Assembly: GCA_964188305.1 (NCBI GenBank)
Contig: OZ076889.1
Source: Podarcis bocagei
Lineage: Eukaryota
DNA length: 64,000 bases
Direction: 5' to 3' (one strand)
Shown here: positions 12,801 to 27,800 of the stretch, one piece after another
How the letters are laid out: each line of letters begins with the position of its first letter
How positions within the stretch are numbered: the stretch's first letter is position 1
Notes under the pieces: model-generated
Told to the model about the DNA's origin: nothing
Databases searched by the model: none
The model's input: only the letters and a program-made list of their open reading frames with translations
Made by a program: the position numbers and the translations under genes

Positions 12801-15800
12801 GTTTAATGGATTACTGTGATGTGCAAATTCTGCCAATGTGTGTGCATGAGGAGCTTAATATCAAAGCTATGGCATGTAACACAGTGACTGCTTCTGCAAA
12901 ATGAGCATTCAGTTATAAAATCTAAGTTTTTGATGGGCTACTTCATTCATTCGTACTGTGCTGTTTTCTCCTGTCGCCATATTATTATAGTATTTGTCTC
13001 TTTATTTTCAATTTGTGCGTTAAGAAATTTTCTTTCAGATTTATGCAGAATTCCAGACTAAACTTTTATTCTCACAATGGTTTTCTTGGACAAGAATTGG
13101 TGATTCTCAAATTCTCCTGATATGCTTCATCAACACACTTTCATTTATTCAATAAAGTAAGTAATGCCTGATAGGATAGTCAATTAACTAGTGTTAATCA
13201 TAGTTTTTCTTCTAGGTTCATTAGCTTGGAGAGTTCATAATCATCAATATGGTTTGGAATAATAAACTCACTAAGAGAACTTTAGAATAGAGGGCATGGG
13301 TTGGAAACCAACCCACTACTTACATGAACAAGACAGTGCTTAAAGTTTCATGGGGTGACAAATTGGAGTGTATCCTCTAAATGTCTAGTTATGTTTGCAA
13401 ATGATCAGCCTTCAAATAATCCCTCCATTTTAGATTTGCTTATATGGTTTTATGCTGCAAGATGTATGCATGGTACTTCTTTCAAAGTTCTGCAGGGAAC
13501 CGTTCAAGCAGCTTGTTATTCATGACACCAGTTCTTGCTCTTCATCATTTCAAATCAAGCCCTTTTGTATTTCTTTCAAATAATTCTGGAAACTCTGGAG
13601 GATTTCGTGGGAGCTCAGTTCAAAATTAACCATATCTGAGCAGAGGGTCTTACCATTAGGGAGGGTGAACCAGCCACCTCAGGCAGTAAATTTGGGGTGT
13701 CATGAAAGGGCAACAAAGTGTTCATTATTTAGTTTGTTATTATTGTATCTTTACTGCCAGGAAGCAGGGAGAATTGCTTGTGGGGTTTTTAGGTGCCAAA
13801 ATAACTTGGCTGGGAAGCTGAGATAACTTTGGGAAGCTGAGATAAAAAGTGGCTGATGTCCTTAAAAAGTTGCCTTTGAGTTTCATAGAGGGGTGATTGT
13901 AGTGGCACATGGCCCCCACTACAACAGTCAAGAGAGGTGGGTTTGCTAGGCTATACAGAGACGATCAACAAAATGAGTTTGTCTGAGATCCTATAGAAAA
14001 GGATGGAATATGGAGCCCATCACAGGCTTTTGGAGAAAATGTGTTTATTTTTCTCTAGATACAATCTGAGCAAGGTTGGGTTAACCTGTTTCTGGGCAGT
14101 GAATGCACGAGCGTGAGGAGGGTAAGTTGCTGAAAAACCCTGAAGATGCCTCTCTGAATAATCTGGTGTGTGAGAGAGACCAAACACATTGCTTCCATCT
14201 CTCCCATAGCATCTAGCTTTCTATCTGCTGTGGTGATGCTAATGAGCATTCTATTATCTTTCTTGATCCATCATGTAGTGCAAATTTCCTGGGACTGTAC
14301 CATTTCAGACTACACATGAAGCACTGCACGTCTGAATGCCCATGTCCCCACTATCTGCACATACAATACTAGCACAAACATAAGCTAGGACCTCTGTTCC
14401 TCATGTGCTAAGTTTCCAGAGAAATTTTGATGTGAGTAAAAAAACATCTTTTATCTGCAGCCTGAAATGGTACAGATATAGCAATAGTATACCATGCAAG
14501 TTATCTGCATGTGGAGATCAACACCTTTTTCTTTTGCAGAGATCTTTGAGACATAATGGGAGAACAAAGGGTGGTAGAAAATGCACATTTATGGGAATGT
14601 GATATCTTGATGACTATTGAACCGACAAAGTTGCTCTTTGTAATAGGTGGGGTAGAGGGCAGAAAACAAATGCCTGTCACACATGCCAAGCAGGAAGCAT
14701 ACCTGTAATCAAACGACCCATTATCTACCTTCTGGTCATCAGGGTCCAGGGGTACATCTTTATTTTCTCGCACTGTGAATACATATGCAAAGAAGAAGAA
14801 GAAGAAGCAGACATCTTACTTTCATGTATTCAAGGCTGCAGTCCTAAACACACTTACGGGACTTGGTTCTGACTTGAGTGGGGACGGGTGAGGAATCCAC
14901 CAAACTCCGATTCCAAAGCAGACTCTCACATTTTGATCTGGGCAAATCATGATTTCAGAATGAGGGCTGTGGGCCTGCTTCTGCTCTTTTGAAAGTGTTT
15001 CCTGATCTTTAAACTTGTAAAAATGGTTAATCCAGCCACCCTTGGCCCGAGCAGCTAGTGCTTTGAATGCAATAGAATGCAAGTCCCTCTGGGAGCAATG
15101 GGATTTGATGAAGCTCCATCATTCTCATGAAGAAATGTATGGGAAAAAACACTGCTGCCCCCAGAATTCACATGGACCCTTCACCTCTCTCAAACATTTT
15201 TTTTAATACCTTGCTGTTTGTGCATGGATATTTCATGTTTTTCTTTTTAAAAATATACACTGAAATGGGATGGGGGGACTTAAGTCTCATCCCCATGTAG
15301 AATTGGTTCAGATGTTTATGTGTCCATCCATTCCTAGGTCTGAGAAAACCTGTTTAGGATTGTGCTGCTAGCCTCCCAGCCTCTGCTGTCTTGTAGGTGG
15401 TCAGGAATTTAGACTGAAAATGGATGAGAAGCATCTGAAGAAATAACTGACATTGAGGTGGTTTTGCTGTTGGCAAATGTATGTGCAAAGTCATTTTTGA
15501 TCACTTCCATGCTTTTAATCTCCAAAATATAATACACATAAATCCCAGGCTGAGCAAGATTCTGATTCAAGTTCTCTTTCAAATCTTGTCTCCTGCCATT
15601 GAAGTAATCATTATTATTTCCTGCATCACAAATGCCAGGCTCAAAACTGTCACGCTAGTTGCATGCTGAACAGAGCGCAACAAATAAATTGATGTTACTA
15701 TATTGTGAATAGTAAGGGGAACATTTCCTGTGCATATGGTGTTTAGAATTGTTGGGAAATTGTCCCATGAGCTTAAAGCAAGACAAAATACAAGCTGATG

Positions 15801-18800
15801 TGTCTTATTTTTAGAACTGCTGCTCTAGTATTATTTGGATGCAGTCCTGAAAAAGCCGACATTTGCCGACTACTATATGCAGTGTGATATCTGGTAAATA
15901 ATAAAACAGAAGAAAATAGTAGTAAAACATTATGGCTTGGAAGTGTTTCCTAAACCACAGCTATTGTAACGTACAAAGAATATTTCTTGGACTCTTAATA
16001 TGACCATACTCATCTTAACTGCATACCCTTGGGGCTAACTGAATACTCTTAACTGTGTTTTATAGAGATATTTAGCACTCTGCTATCTTACTTTGAAACA
16101 AGGATCTCTAGACAGACCAAGTCATTTTGCAACAAGTGTGCATGTGTGTATGTACCGGTATGTGTACACGCGCGCACACACACACATTCTGGTTTGCCCT
16201 TAATTGACTAGAATGTGGGATTGCTCCCTAAATACAGTGGCCAGATACACCAGACAACTTGGATTACAAGCCAACATGGCAAGCTTTTCAGTGCCATATG
16301 AGAACCTTCCTATTTATGCCAAGGCATTTTGGATTGTGTGGATGGCTTTTGGAACTGTATTCTATTCTTGCTTTTAGCTTCTTGAGTTTTTGTTCTCTCT
16401 TCTTGCGTCTTATCAAACTTATTTGTTGGTTTTAAATTGCATTTATACGTTGTGTGAATGAATTCTATTCACACTTTCGTGCAGCACCTTGGAATCTTTT
16501 TGAGGAACATTGGTTAAGACATCTTTGGAATAAATTAAAAGCAACCAGTTTACTTCATCCCAATATCACACAGACCCTTTCTACTGGTGAATGTATTCTT
16601 AAATTACCACACCTCCTTTATGCTTGAAGAGACCCGTGAAAACGTAAATAGTTTTTGCAAGGGACAGTGGGACAAGTGAAAGAAACACAAGTATATCTAT
16701 TAGCTGGAAAATGTGAGTACATTTCAAATACCTCTTCCAGCAAATAAAAAAAGGGGGGAAGGGACTTATATCCTATTATGTGATTGCCTCTCACCTCCAG
16801 AGACAGCATAGTCAAAATCTGTATGGTACTTCTCTCCCCCCCCCATGGTTAATAGTTCAGGTGGGATGGGGGTCAGGGTCAGTGCAATTGTGATATAGAA
16901 AACCGTGCAGGAAGAAAAGATTAAGAACTCCCTGTTCTAATGCAGCTCTCCAATAAAAAACCCTCTTGCATATCTGCCCATAAATAATATGGTTTTTCTC
17001 TTTCTTTTAAGGAAACTGGTCACGGATGCCCCATGTTATGTCTCTTTTGGACCTTGGCATAATAAACAAACACCATGCCATGTATTTTAGGTAGGGCATT
17101 ATTTCCTTTTGGACTAAGGAAACAGATAATTGTTTCTGTATAACTGGCTTGTCATTCTTGTCACGCACTGCAGCTCGATGTTAGAAGCCGCCTGCCACAA
17201 TCCTTATGTGTACTTAAGGGTCTAGCACAAACCCTTCTTGCACACAAGACCTTACCAGATCTTGGGAGAGAACACAGTGGTCATCGCACAACCATAGTAT
17301 GCAGTCCAAGCAGGTTCTGGAGAAAGTCCTTTTGCAAATACAGAAGACACTTATTGTAGTGAGGTCAAATCCCAACAAAAGTCATGGGATGATGCTTCAC
17401 CTCCTACATAGCTGGAAGTCCTCTTGGATTGCCTTTAATTCTTTTCAGTGCCATAGCTGCTAAAAAATGGTAGGACTAAATCCTTCGAGTGGGAAGTCTA
17501 TGATCAGTGCTGTTTTTCTAGAAAAAGAGGTGCTAGAACTCACCATGAACATCTCCCTTGTTCTGTTATAATGGCAATGGCGCCCACGTGAGAGATGCCA
17601 GAACTGAGTTCCAATGAGTTCCGGCAGAAAAAAGCACTGGATGATTAAGATCAGACCATCTATCTAGATTTGGGAATAAATACTTCAAACCCAACAACAA
17701 TGCTACACCAGTTGATAGCTATTTCTCTTACCTGGATATTTCCCTCCTCTGCTTCTCTTAATGAAGCAAACTATCAGCAAAATCAGGACCAGGAGAGCGA
17801 TGGCACACATCAGTCCAATAAACCAGCCCTGAGTTGCAATGTCCCCTTGGTTCTTGTTATAGGCTAGTAGGAGAAGTTGAAAGAAAAAATGTTAAGAAGA
17901 AATACAATTGATCCACATAGTGCTGAAAAATGAAAATAGCAAGCAAAAGCTATTAGATGCTTCCTGTCCCACCCATTCCCAAGCTTCACATTTGAGGACT
18001 GGTGTCTCTCAATGCCGGTCTTCCCAAATTGGCCTGGTTTGGTTGCCACATGAAACCACAGTTAAAATAGAATTATGGTTAATGTAAAAGAGCAGTATGC
18101 TAGTACATGCTGCTCTAAAGTGCCTGTTGTGACTGGGGAGGAAGCAAATCAAAGGGTGGTTTTGTATATTATATGTGAACCAGCAGTTGTGATTTGTTTC
18201 TCTCCAAACCAAGTATGGAAGCTAAGGTTTGTTCTTTGCTTAATAATAATAATAATATTTATACCCCACCCATCTGGTTGGGTTTCCCCAGCCACTCTGG
18301 GCGGCTCCCAACAGAGGACTAAAAACAGAATAAAACCAAAAACTTCCCTAAACAGGGCTGCCTTCAGATGTTTTCTTAAAGTCAGGTAGTTGTTTATTTC
18401 CTTGACCTCTGATGGGAGGGCGTTCCACAGGGCGGGCGCCACTACCAAGAAGGCCCCCTGCGTGGTTCTGCTCATGGGCTGCATTCACATTGCAGTTTAT
18501 TCTGTTCCCGTTTTCCTAACTGTTTATTTCCACATCACATTTGAACTTTTACACCACATAAAAGCTACTTCCAGAAATACACTAGAATATAGTGCAAGTT
18601 TAGTGCTTATTTTCATGTTATTTGCAAATGAATTTTTTTTTGTAAACAAACAACATAGAAATGAGTGCTAAATTTGTGCTATATTCTGATATATTTGTGG
18701 AAGTGGCTTTTATGTAACATGAAAGCTCAAATATAATGTGGAAATGATCAGTTAGGGAGATACTGAGAAAATGGAATAAACTGTCATGTGACTGCAGCCA

Positions 18801-21800
18801 TGGTTTCTTTGGGGAAACAAACCATAAGCACTGGTTCACATAGAAGACAAAGGCAGCCTCTGGTTTGTTTCCTCCTTGACACACCAAAGGAAGAGTGCAA
18901 TAGGGACTTTTGAGCAGCATGCTCCAGCACACTGCTCATTCACATAAAGCACTTAATTTTAACTATGGTTTAACATGTACAAACCAGGTCATTATCTTTC
19001 TCTCTGTGTGGGGATTTTTCAGATTTGAGACATCATATCGGGCCTTTCTATTTTTCCAAACACATCACAGCCCAAGTTCTAACAGTGACAATTCAGATCC
19101 AAGGGTAGCAGTGAAGGCAAAGGATAACACAGGTGGGTACAGCAGACTTGGGCAGAGAAATAAATATATGGCATTGCCTAACAAAGGAGGGTTATATAAA
19201 ATGGGTGGGGGGAGCAGAAGAAGCTGGGTAACATATTTGATTCATGGTAATGGGAAATATTGTAGGTGGTACCGGTACCTCAAAAGAGGATGCAAAGTTC
19301 TCCAAGGAACAACCAAGGATTCATATTTATCTGGTACATAGCTAGAACAAACAAGTACAAAAGGCTTCCTAACACATTATTCAACGTCCTGAAAACCACA
19401 GAGAACATGAGAGACTGAGGCTTGCCCAGGCTTGTCCCAGCTTGTGTACAATGCATTAAGTAATGGTTTATAGCATGATGTGTTTTTGCAAAACATCACA
19501 AAGTTTTCCCAGGGAAAGTGGCAGGACTAAAAAAACCAAAAAAAAACCCCTCTCAGAGCCCTGATTAGAAAGCATGGGACAAATGGAAGAAATCATGGGA
19601 TGAGCCCTAAGTCATGCTCATTAATTTCAATGAGTTTACTCTGAGTAAGACTTAGCTGAATACAGTGGTGCCTCGCAAGACGAAAAGAATCCGTTCCCGA
19701 GTCTCTTCGTCTTGCGGTTTTTTTGTCTTGCGAAGCAAGCCCATTAGCGGCTTAGCGGATTAGAGCTATTAGCGGCTTAGCGGATCAGCTGATAAGCGGC
19801 TTAGCGGCTTGGGAAAAAGGGGGGGAGGAAAAAACCCCCGCAGGAACTCGCAATACATTTTCGTCTTGCGAAGCAAGCCCATAGGAAATTCGTTTTGCGA
19901 AGTACCTCCAAAACGGAAAACCCTTTCGTCTAGTGGGTTTTCCGTCTTGCGAGGCATTCGTCTTGCGGGGCACCACTGTACCACCCAAAGCCTGAAGCTT
20001 ATGTGACTTACCAACTATGATGGTAGTATATTTCTTCTACCGGTAAATTATTTTGCGAAAAAGGAAAACATACACATCTAACTGACCTAATTATTATAAT
20101 ATTGCACACAACCCAGTACTCTGTTGGATTTTAAGTAAGTGTTATTAGTGACATATGACAAGTGAAACAGAGTCAAGTCTTAAATGAGCAGCAATTGAAG
20201 TCAATTCCTAGCTTATATAGCACTTTCTTTTCTTGGGCCAAGTTCCCTCTGGATCACTAAAACATAGACATTTGAGAGTACCTAATGTAAAAACTTGTGC
20301 ATTTCAAACTCCGCAAAAAAGCAGAGCTCATCAAGACTGTATGCACACTTCATTATAGGAATGATTCACTCAGAGAAACTGTGAAAGGGTTTAATGGCTG
20401 GCTTCATGACTTTAAAATCAATGGTAATTTTTCCTCCTTGTGAATCAAACTGGAATTGCGCTATTAAACCATAACCTAATGGCTTTATCAGAACACCAGT
20501 AGGAAGTAACATGTATAAGCAGCTTTCAAGTTATTGACAATAAATTAAAAATATCCTGAATAGCACTAATGGAAGATTATCACAGCCACGCAGAGTTGAA
20601 GTTCTGCCAACAGTATAATGAAGATACACTCTATATTCGTAGCCAACAGACCTTTCTCAGACTCTCTCTGGGTCTTCTCACATTAAGCGCTCAATTCCGC
20701 AGTACTTACTTACAACAAAAGTTTGATTACAGGAGGACATGCAAAGGTATTAGAGGACACCCTCTCTTTTAATTCCACCCAAATAAGTGAATATAAGTTA
20801 TTTTGGTTCCCTAGCCCCCCTAAAATCAGAATCAGGTTGTGTTCAAAGATGGGAATGAATTATAAAAAATGTGCATTTGGTGTCAGGATCTTTGGGGGTT
20901 CTGAGTCAGAGTCCCAAACTCACACAATACCATGGCCCATGAACATTTAGGCCCTGGAGCCATCTTTCTTACATATAATAAGGTAAAAGTGTTGTTGTGC
21001 TGTAGTTTGCTTGGCCACAGATAGGGAGCACTGCAAAAAAAATTATGATGAGAGGCAGTGGATGGGAAGTCCAGGCAAGCCATAGAAGGGCAGGCAGAAC
21101 AGGCTGCAGCCTTGCACCGCCCCCCTCCACTGACTCCTCTGCTTGCCAGCCTCAGGGACTTTGCCCCTAGGATCCAGATCCCCAAGCCAGCTAACCCTGT
21201 GCTAGCTGCCTTCCTCCTCCCTGGCCAGCCTCAAAACCCACTGCTGTTTCCACCACCGTTTAGCATCAAGAGCAACGCAGGGGTGAGGAAGGCGCCCAGA
21301 AGTGCCAGCTGGCCTTGAGATCCAGAGCAGTGGCTTGAAGTAAAAAGGAACAAGGAAGACGCCCAGAAGTGGTAGCTGGCTGTCCTTGGAATCCATGGGA
21401 AATGGAAGGTCTAAGCTGCCCCACCTTGGCCCTTTCATCCTCTGAAAGAAAAACAAACACGTCCAACTACTCTCCCTAACAATGTCAGTACTTCTCAATT
21501 TGCCTCCCTCAGTGCAGCCTCTAGGTTCTTTGTAGTCATCTTCCAGCATCTTTCGTCTGTCATGATGTGCTATCTTAACAATCGCCAGTGTTCCAGCTCC
21601 CTTAGAAAACCTTAATGCCCTTTTTGCTTTTTACCTTGATTTCTTCAAGTGTCTCTCACCACAGCTTTTTAATTACACTACTTTCCAGCTTGACTTACAC
21701 ACAATGTTTTTACTTCCCTCCCAACCTCTTAGCCCATCATTAGAAGGGTACTGTAGACTCCTGCTTAAAGTTTCTGGTTTTTTTCCTTAGCTGTCATGTC

Positions 21801-24800
21801 CCAAGGCTGAACCTTTGACCGTCCTGTGCAAAACTTCCAGAACATTCCCTAGTACTTTTAACCTTCATGTGAGTTTTTGAGCCTTTAAAGCAAAAGCTAT
21901 TGTTGGACAAGTTTTAACAGGAAACCCAAACTCAAAATGTTTGAAAGGCCTATTCTCAGGGGCAAATACTGATTTCCTGTTACGTTCATATCATTTGAGG
22001 AATCTACCACTACATCATTATGATGTTTTTTCAAAAGGTATGAGCAATTTTAATTGACTCAAAAGTGCCAGGTGCCCCATTGGCCTTTGTGCTTTGACAT
22101 TCTCCCTGTTCACTACTGGCAGCTGATTTACCATGCATTCCCTTTTCCTGTTAAAAGCACTACTGTGGGGAAAAAGTCCACTTTGAAGCTATTCTAATGG
22201 AAGGAGCAAGACACTAATTGCATGGACTTCAGAATTGCATTAGGCTAAATGAAACTACAGGGTTGACAAAGAGGGAATAGAATTATACTGGAGGCTTTTG
22301 GAACAAATGGTGATTCAATTAACGATGCTAACATATAAAAGCTTTCAATAGAATAGAAGGAAGATAGGAAAGGCAACTATCAGATCGCACGATATACAGA
22401 ATGAAAGGGGGGAAAGTATAATATACAAGTATACTTTTGATACAATAATGATAAAAAAATCCTCCAACATATTCACAGAACCCTGTCCAAATCAAATAGG
22501 CAATGTCAAAATGATACAACGGCACACATCAAATGTAGTTGTTCTGTCCTTCTTAAGCATACATTTCATTTGCAAACAGCCTGATCCTGTTTTGCAAAGC
22601 CAAAACGCTTTCACCTGATCTCTTATAGCCATTGGCATGAGGCAACAGTTTCTAAACTTGATGCAGCCTTGCTTTGGCTTTTAGGGGGAAGTGTGACAGA
22701 GACCAAAAGAGGATGCCATAGGACAGAGCAGGGAACCTTTCTTTAGCTCAGTGGGCCAGATCCTTATCAGGATCGGTCTCACGGGCCAAATTTGACAGGT
22801 GGGTGACACCATCTGCCAATTAAATGACATAAATATGATGTCACATGATCGACAGGTGGGTGTGGCCATGCACCTTTAAAAATCCCTTAGGCAGCTTTGC
22901 AACTCTCCTTCTACTCCCCATTTAAACCCCTAATTCTGGATGTTAGGGTGAGCATGGGGAGCTATGCAAAGTCTTTAAAGCAACCCCTGTGTTCCTCCTT
23001 GAGTGTCAAAAAAATAGAAGACAGGCCTAAATGTACATTCCCAATATTGAATGTAACTTCATTGTACTCAAGGTGGTGCCAGGTGAATGTGGCTTAGGCC
23101 CCAAAGTCCTTGGCAGATAACAGGAATCCACACCTACTTTGCAGTTGGCTGCGATTTTTATGGATTGGCCTTGCTGGCCTCCTTCTGGGCCCCACCTGTA
23201 GAGCGACATCAGTGATGAATTGCATTTTGCATATAATAGGTTGTCAAGACAGCGCCACACCCTTAGGACATTTTACATGCATACTTACTGTATTTTTAAC
23301 AGGGCAGTGGAGGTTAATATTATTTTTCCATCCAGGTATATTTGTGTAACATTAAATATCACTCACTGCACGGCAAAGTATTGTTCTAATTAACCAAAAC
23401 TGAGCAAAAGAAATAATGTAGTAAAACTGCAGCTGTGGGGCTACTTGGCTAGTGCAATTTCTACTTAGAAAAATAAGCTGCTGTCTCCTGAAGAGTGACT
23501 TTCAAAATAACCTAAAGAAAAAGGACAGCGCTTTCGTCTCACAGGTATTAATGATGGAACATGATAGTAAGCTCTGATCTATCACATCAGAAGCAGCCAG
23601 CCTGGAAGAGAAAAGGAATGAAAATACAAGAGGCACTAAAAGAAAGCAAGGGAGGTCACTAAAATAGTGTAGCTTTGGCAGTCACCTGGGATGCATCAGA
23701 GGAAAAAAGCGTAGATCTTGGAAATCTTCCATTACTGTATCTTGAGATACAGAAAAAGTACTCTTTTAATGTACAAAATGCATATGGAACACACACAAAC
23801 ATACAACAAAAAGCAAATCTATCAGCACTGATCCAATTTACCCAATTACGGCAAGGAGCAAGAACTGTGTTATTCCCTTGTAATTTTTTTGGTTGATGTA
23901 GCTAGGAGGTTTGCCAAGCCAAAATAAACTAAAATATTTAGCCTAATATATGTTGCATTTTGGATTCTTATTTGTAAACCACAACACATTCTGTGTAAAT
24001 CAAGTTTCATCTGAAGCACCGCTCTCAATATCCAGTTTCCTGGGGAAAACACCACCAAATTTCCGTGAGATAGCACCACTAATGAACTATGTTACGGTTA
24101 CATTTTCAACATATCCATCCTTAGCTGAGAGGCATTTCATCTGCAACACAGAAGATGATCTCACTCTCTACACACATACGTAACTATGTACAAACTGATA
24201 CTGGATTGCAGAAAAAATAAAGTTCCCCAAGATCAAACAGATGGTTCTTTCTGGTTCAGTCCATTAGCAGGAAGGATGTACTCCTCCAGTTGCTGGACTG
24301 CTAAAACTGTATGCCATCTGAGCAAATATTTACAAATGCAGCAAAGGAACTGTTGCTCAAGCATTTATGTAAAAGCTACTAGCCGTCATGATGGCTATAC
24401 AGAATCTGCATTTTCAGGGGCACCATGCCTCAGTGTACCAGTTTCTGGAGATCAACAGTTGGAGAAGGCTATTGCCTTCATGTCCTGCTTGTGAGCTTTC
24501 CAGTAGCATCTGGCTGAACACCTGGGAAGCAGGATGAGAACCTCTCCACTCACACCAGTGCAACTGTGAAGGTCAGCAGTGTTACAAAAGTTACTTGTTT
24601 CTGACAGAACAACCAAGTTGTTGAGGGGCTGGGGCGGGCAGGCAGAAATTGCTTGGGGGATGTATAGGAACTGTGGGCCACTGGTTAGTTACCCATGGTA
24701 GATTTTAAAATATGGCATTTCTCATTTGTTTTCACACATGTTCAGACTAGGTTAGCAATTTCTTTCCACCATTTGTCTATATGCCACCATAAACTTTATC

Positions 24801-27800
24801 ATTTTAGAGTGAAAAGAGAAACCTTGCTTAAATTGTGTGGACATTTTGCTTACAGCTTTTGACACATTGCTTAAAGCTTTCTACAGAATGACATTCCGAT
24901 TCTTTCCACTCAGAATACATTTCAGCTATTTCTCACATGGAAACTACTTTTCTAATTACCTGCATTGACAAAAGGAGCTTTTATTATGGACACAGGAGGA
25001 AACCTGGGATATGATTATGTTTGATTAAGCTGCACTATGGCTGAAGCTGATTGTTTGACAGCTACCTAAAATTTTGAAAGCAGAGGTCAGAAATGTGAAT
25101 GCATAAACTAATATCTACTAAAGTCTGACTGGTTCCATGCTGCAGCCCTATAGCACTACCAGGCAGTACTGGAAATAGATCTAAAAGGAGATTCCACACA
25201 GTATTTAACATTGTGTTATACCATCCAGGAATGTCTTTTACCATGGTCAATATCCATTATGTTTATTCACATGCAAGTCCTGTTCAGCAAAGCCTCTTTT
25301 CAATGATAATTAAAAGCTTCCTGCTTGGGGTTGTAGCTATTTTATTGCTTCATATTCAGTGGTGCTGAAGGATTAGTGACTTGCCCCTTAATTTCCTCAT
25401 CTGTAAGCTTCCTTTCATTTTTAAAAATAGTGAAATAGAAAACAGGAAGCTTCGGGTAAAGATGAAGTAGCCCTGAAAGATGTCAAAAGCAATTGTCTAC
25501 ATTAGACAGGCTGGCAATCCAATTGTGTTTTTATTGCCACTCCCCCAACTGAAAAAACCCTTGGGAAACAGAAAAAAGTTACTGGAATACATTGACCTAA
25601 TGATATTCATTTGAATTCTTCATAAAACAGAGGGGCAAAATAGAAGCAACCTACACAAGGCACTTTTGAGACACACAAATAGGATATAAGGCAATATTCT
25701 GTAAAGGTAAATTGCTACAATTCTCAGATTGTGACTTCATTTGAAATTATGAGTATGCCACATAGCTCTGTGGATGTCTTGCAGACAAATCAACCACATT
25801 ATAATATCTAAAATCTTTTTCATGAATACCCAGACATAAAGCCAATCAGAAATTCGCATGTGCTCATGCAACAGCTGGCAGCATGGTAATGAGCAGTGCA
25901 CACGCACACAAAGGGAAACATGAATGCGCAGAGAGCAACACGTAGCCTGTAGCATATTCCTTAACAATAGTGTTTATTATTAAGTCTAGATGGAAAACCA
26001 TGGGTCTCTGCCCTTTTTATAGATATCTTCCAAAACCAAGCTTGTTTCATTAAAAGAAAAGTTATGCCAATATTTTTTTCCTTTGTATGTTTTAGCAGAA
26101 CACAGTCTAAAGAACCTCATTAAGAGAGGATACATTTCACTTTGGTACTTTTATAATAAGGGCAGAGTGCACATCGTCAGTGAAGAGATGGATGACATTT
26201 TCTCCATGCATGGCATAATTCCTCCATCTGAAGCAGCAGCACGCAAAGGCAGTAAGGCTTGGAATGGAATGTGCCTCCAAAATGCAGCACATTGTGGGGC
26301 TGAACCCCATCTCACCTGGACTTGTCTGAAAGGTTACGTTCGAGCTGATAGTATCATTCCCTTTGAGAAAAACCCGCACTATGTACTTCTCCCCAGGAGT
26401 CAGGTCAACCAGCTCCAGAAAGCCTTTAGCAGGGGAAGATTTCACTGTTTTGTTACCTGAGAAACAGAAACTTCATATCAAAGGCAGCTAGCAGGAAGTG
26501 CAGATTACTCTGTAGGCAAACATCCCTAATGCCAGGTCCAGCTACTGACTCGACACATGTCCCTGCCGATGACACCACTGACTAACACAGAGTGAACACC
26601 CAGAGTTTCTGGCACCATCAGTTCAAAGTTGAAGGGCTCGTTTACAGACGCTCACTCCACTTGTATGTAGGAGAATTATATTTTCCAGACTCCGTTTAAT
26701 CTAACGGAGCACCTGCTTTGGCATCGTAAGACAGCCAGCAACCAGATGGAAGCTTATCACATTACTGGTTCAGCGATTTTGCATAAAACTAGAAGTGGGG
26801 GGGGGCAGAAAAAGAGGGAAGACTTTGTACAGCTATCTCTGGGAAATTCTTACTTGGAACAGAAAGCGACTGGCATAGGCTTTTTGCAACTCGCAAGTGC
26901 CAGATGTGCCGAATCAGTAACAACAGCAACTCTTTCTCTGGCAGCATGCTTCTGATGCATTAGAACTGCCTTTTCTGAATTAACCTCAACACATTTTGCA
27001 AAAGATGTAGAAAAAGTCACTTCTAAACTCTTATTAAGAGCATGCACACAGATCACAACATCAAATTATATTAAAGGTACACTGCTAAAAGCATTCAAAC
27101 ATAAAGTGAATAAAAAAGAACCCTGTTTGCAAACTCCAATGTAGATACCCTATGAAATTGCAAGTATTCCAATACTTCAGGAGTTTTGGAAGTGCTTGGA
27201 TGCTGTGTTAACTTAACCTTAGCAAATCATTAGGCATGGAAGTCCCTAATCGGCAATGTTACAGACGTGTATGAATCTACAAATATACTTTTGCTAGCAA
27301 TGGCTAGGTTAATGAGAGCACCAGGCCTGAGAATTGAAATCACTGGAGTCCTTTAAAGAAAATCTAAGCAGCTGGTTTTGACAAACCTAATTTATCAAAG
27401 TACTACAAAACTGGAAGCATGAGAAGCTTCCCAAAGAAAAGAAGATTCCCTTTCCCACTCTGTGACAATGCAGCAGCCAGCTGAGTGGAATACACAGAAT
27501 TCCTCCAAATCATATCCACACAATGGGTGTTACATTGACTGCTTACTATTTAATCATGCTAGATGCAAATTCCTAAAGGGTCAGTTCTTGATTACTTAAT
27601 TTAAAAATCTAAACACAATACTGTATTGATAATTTTATGGAACCAACACCTAGAACAGGACTTGGCCCAGCAAACTAAAACCAAGGAAAGCAGGTCTAGG
27701 GCACATATATAACTTGCCCTCAAAGCTATATGGCTGACATTCAATGTTTAATTCTTTGACCAGCACATAACTACTTAAAAACTGCAGGTAGCATGTAAGC

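Noticed and set aside
19744-19810. Short repeat array resembling a CRISPR or telomeric repeat
   Set aside because: No spacers; eukaryotic context; internal to a MITE
20012-20036. Possible small exon between FN5 and TM
   Set aside because: 25 or 22 nt, frame-shifting, with no recognisable homology
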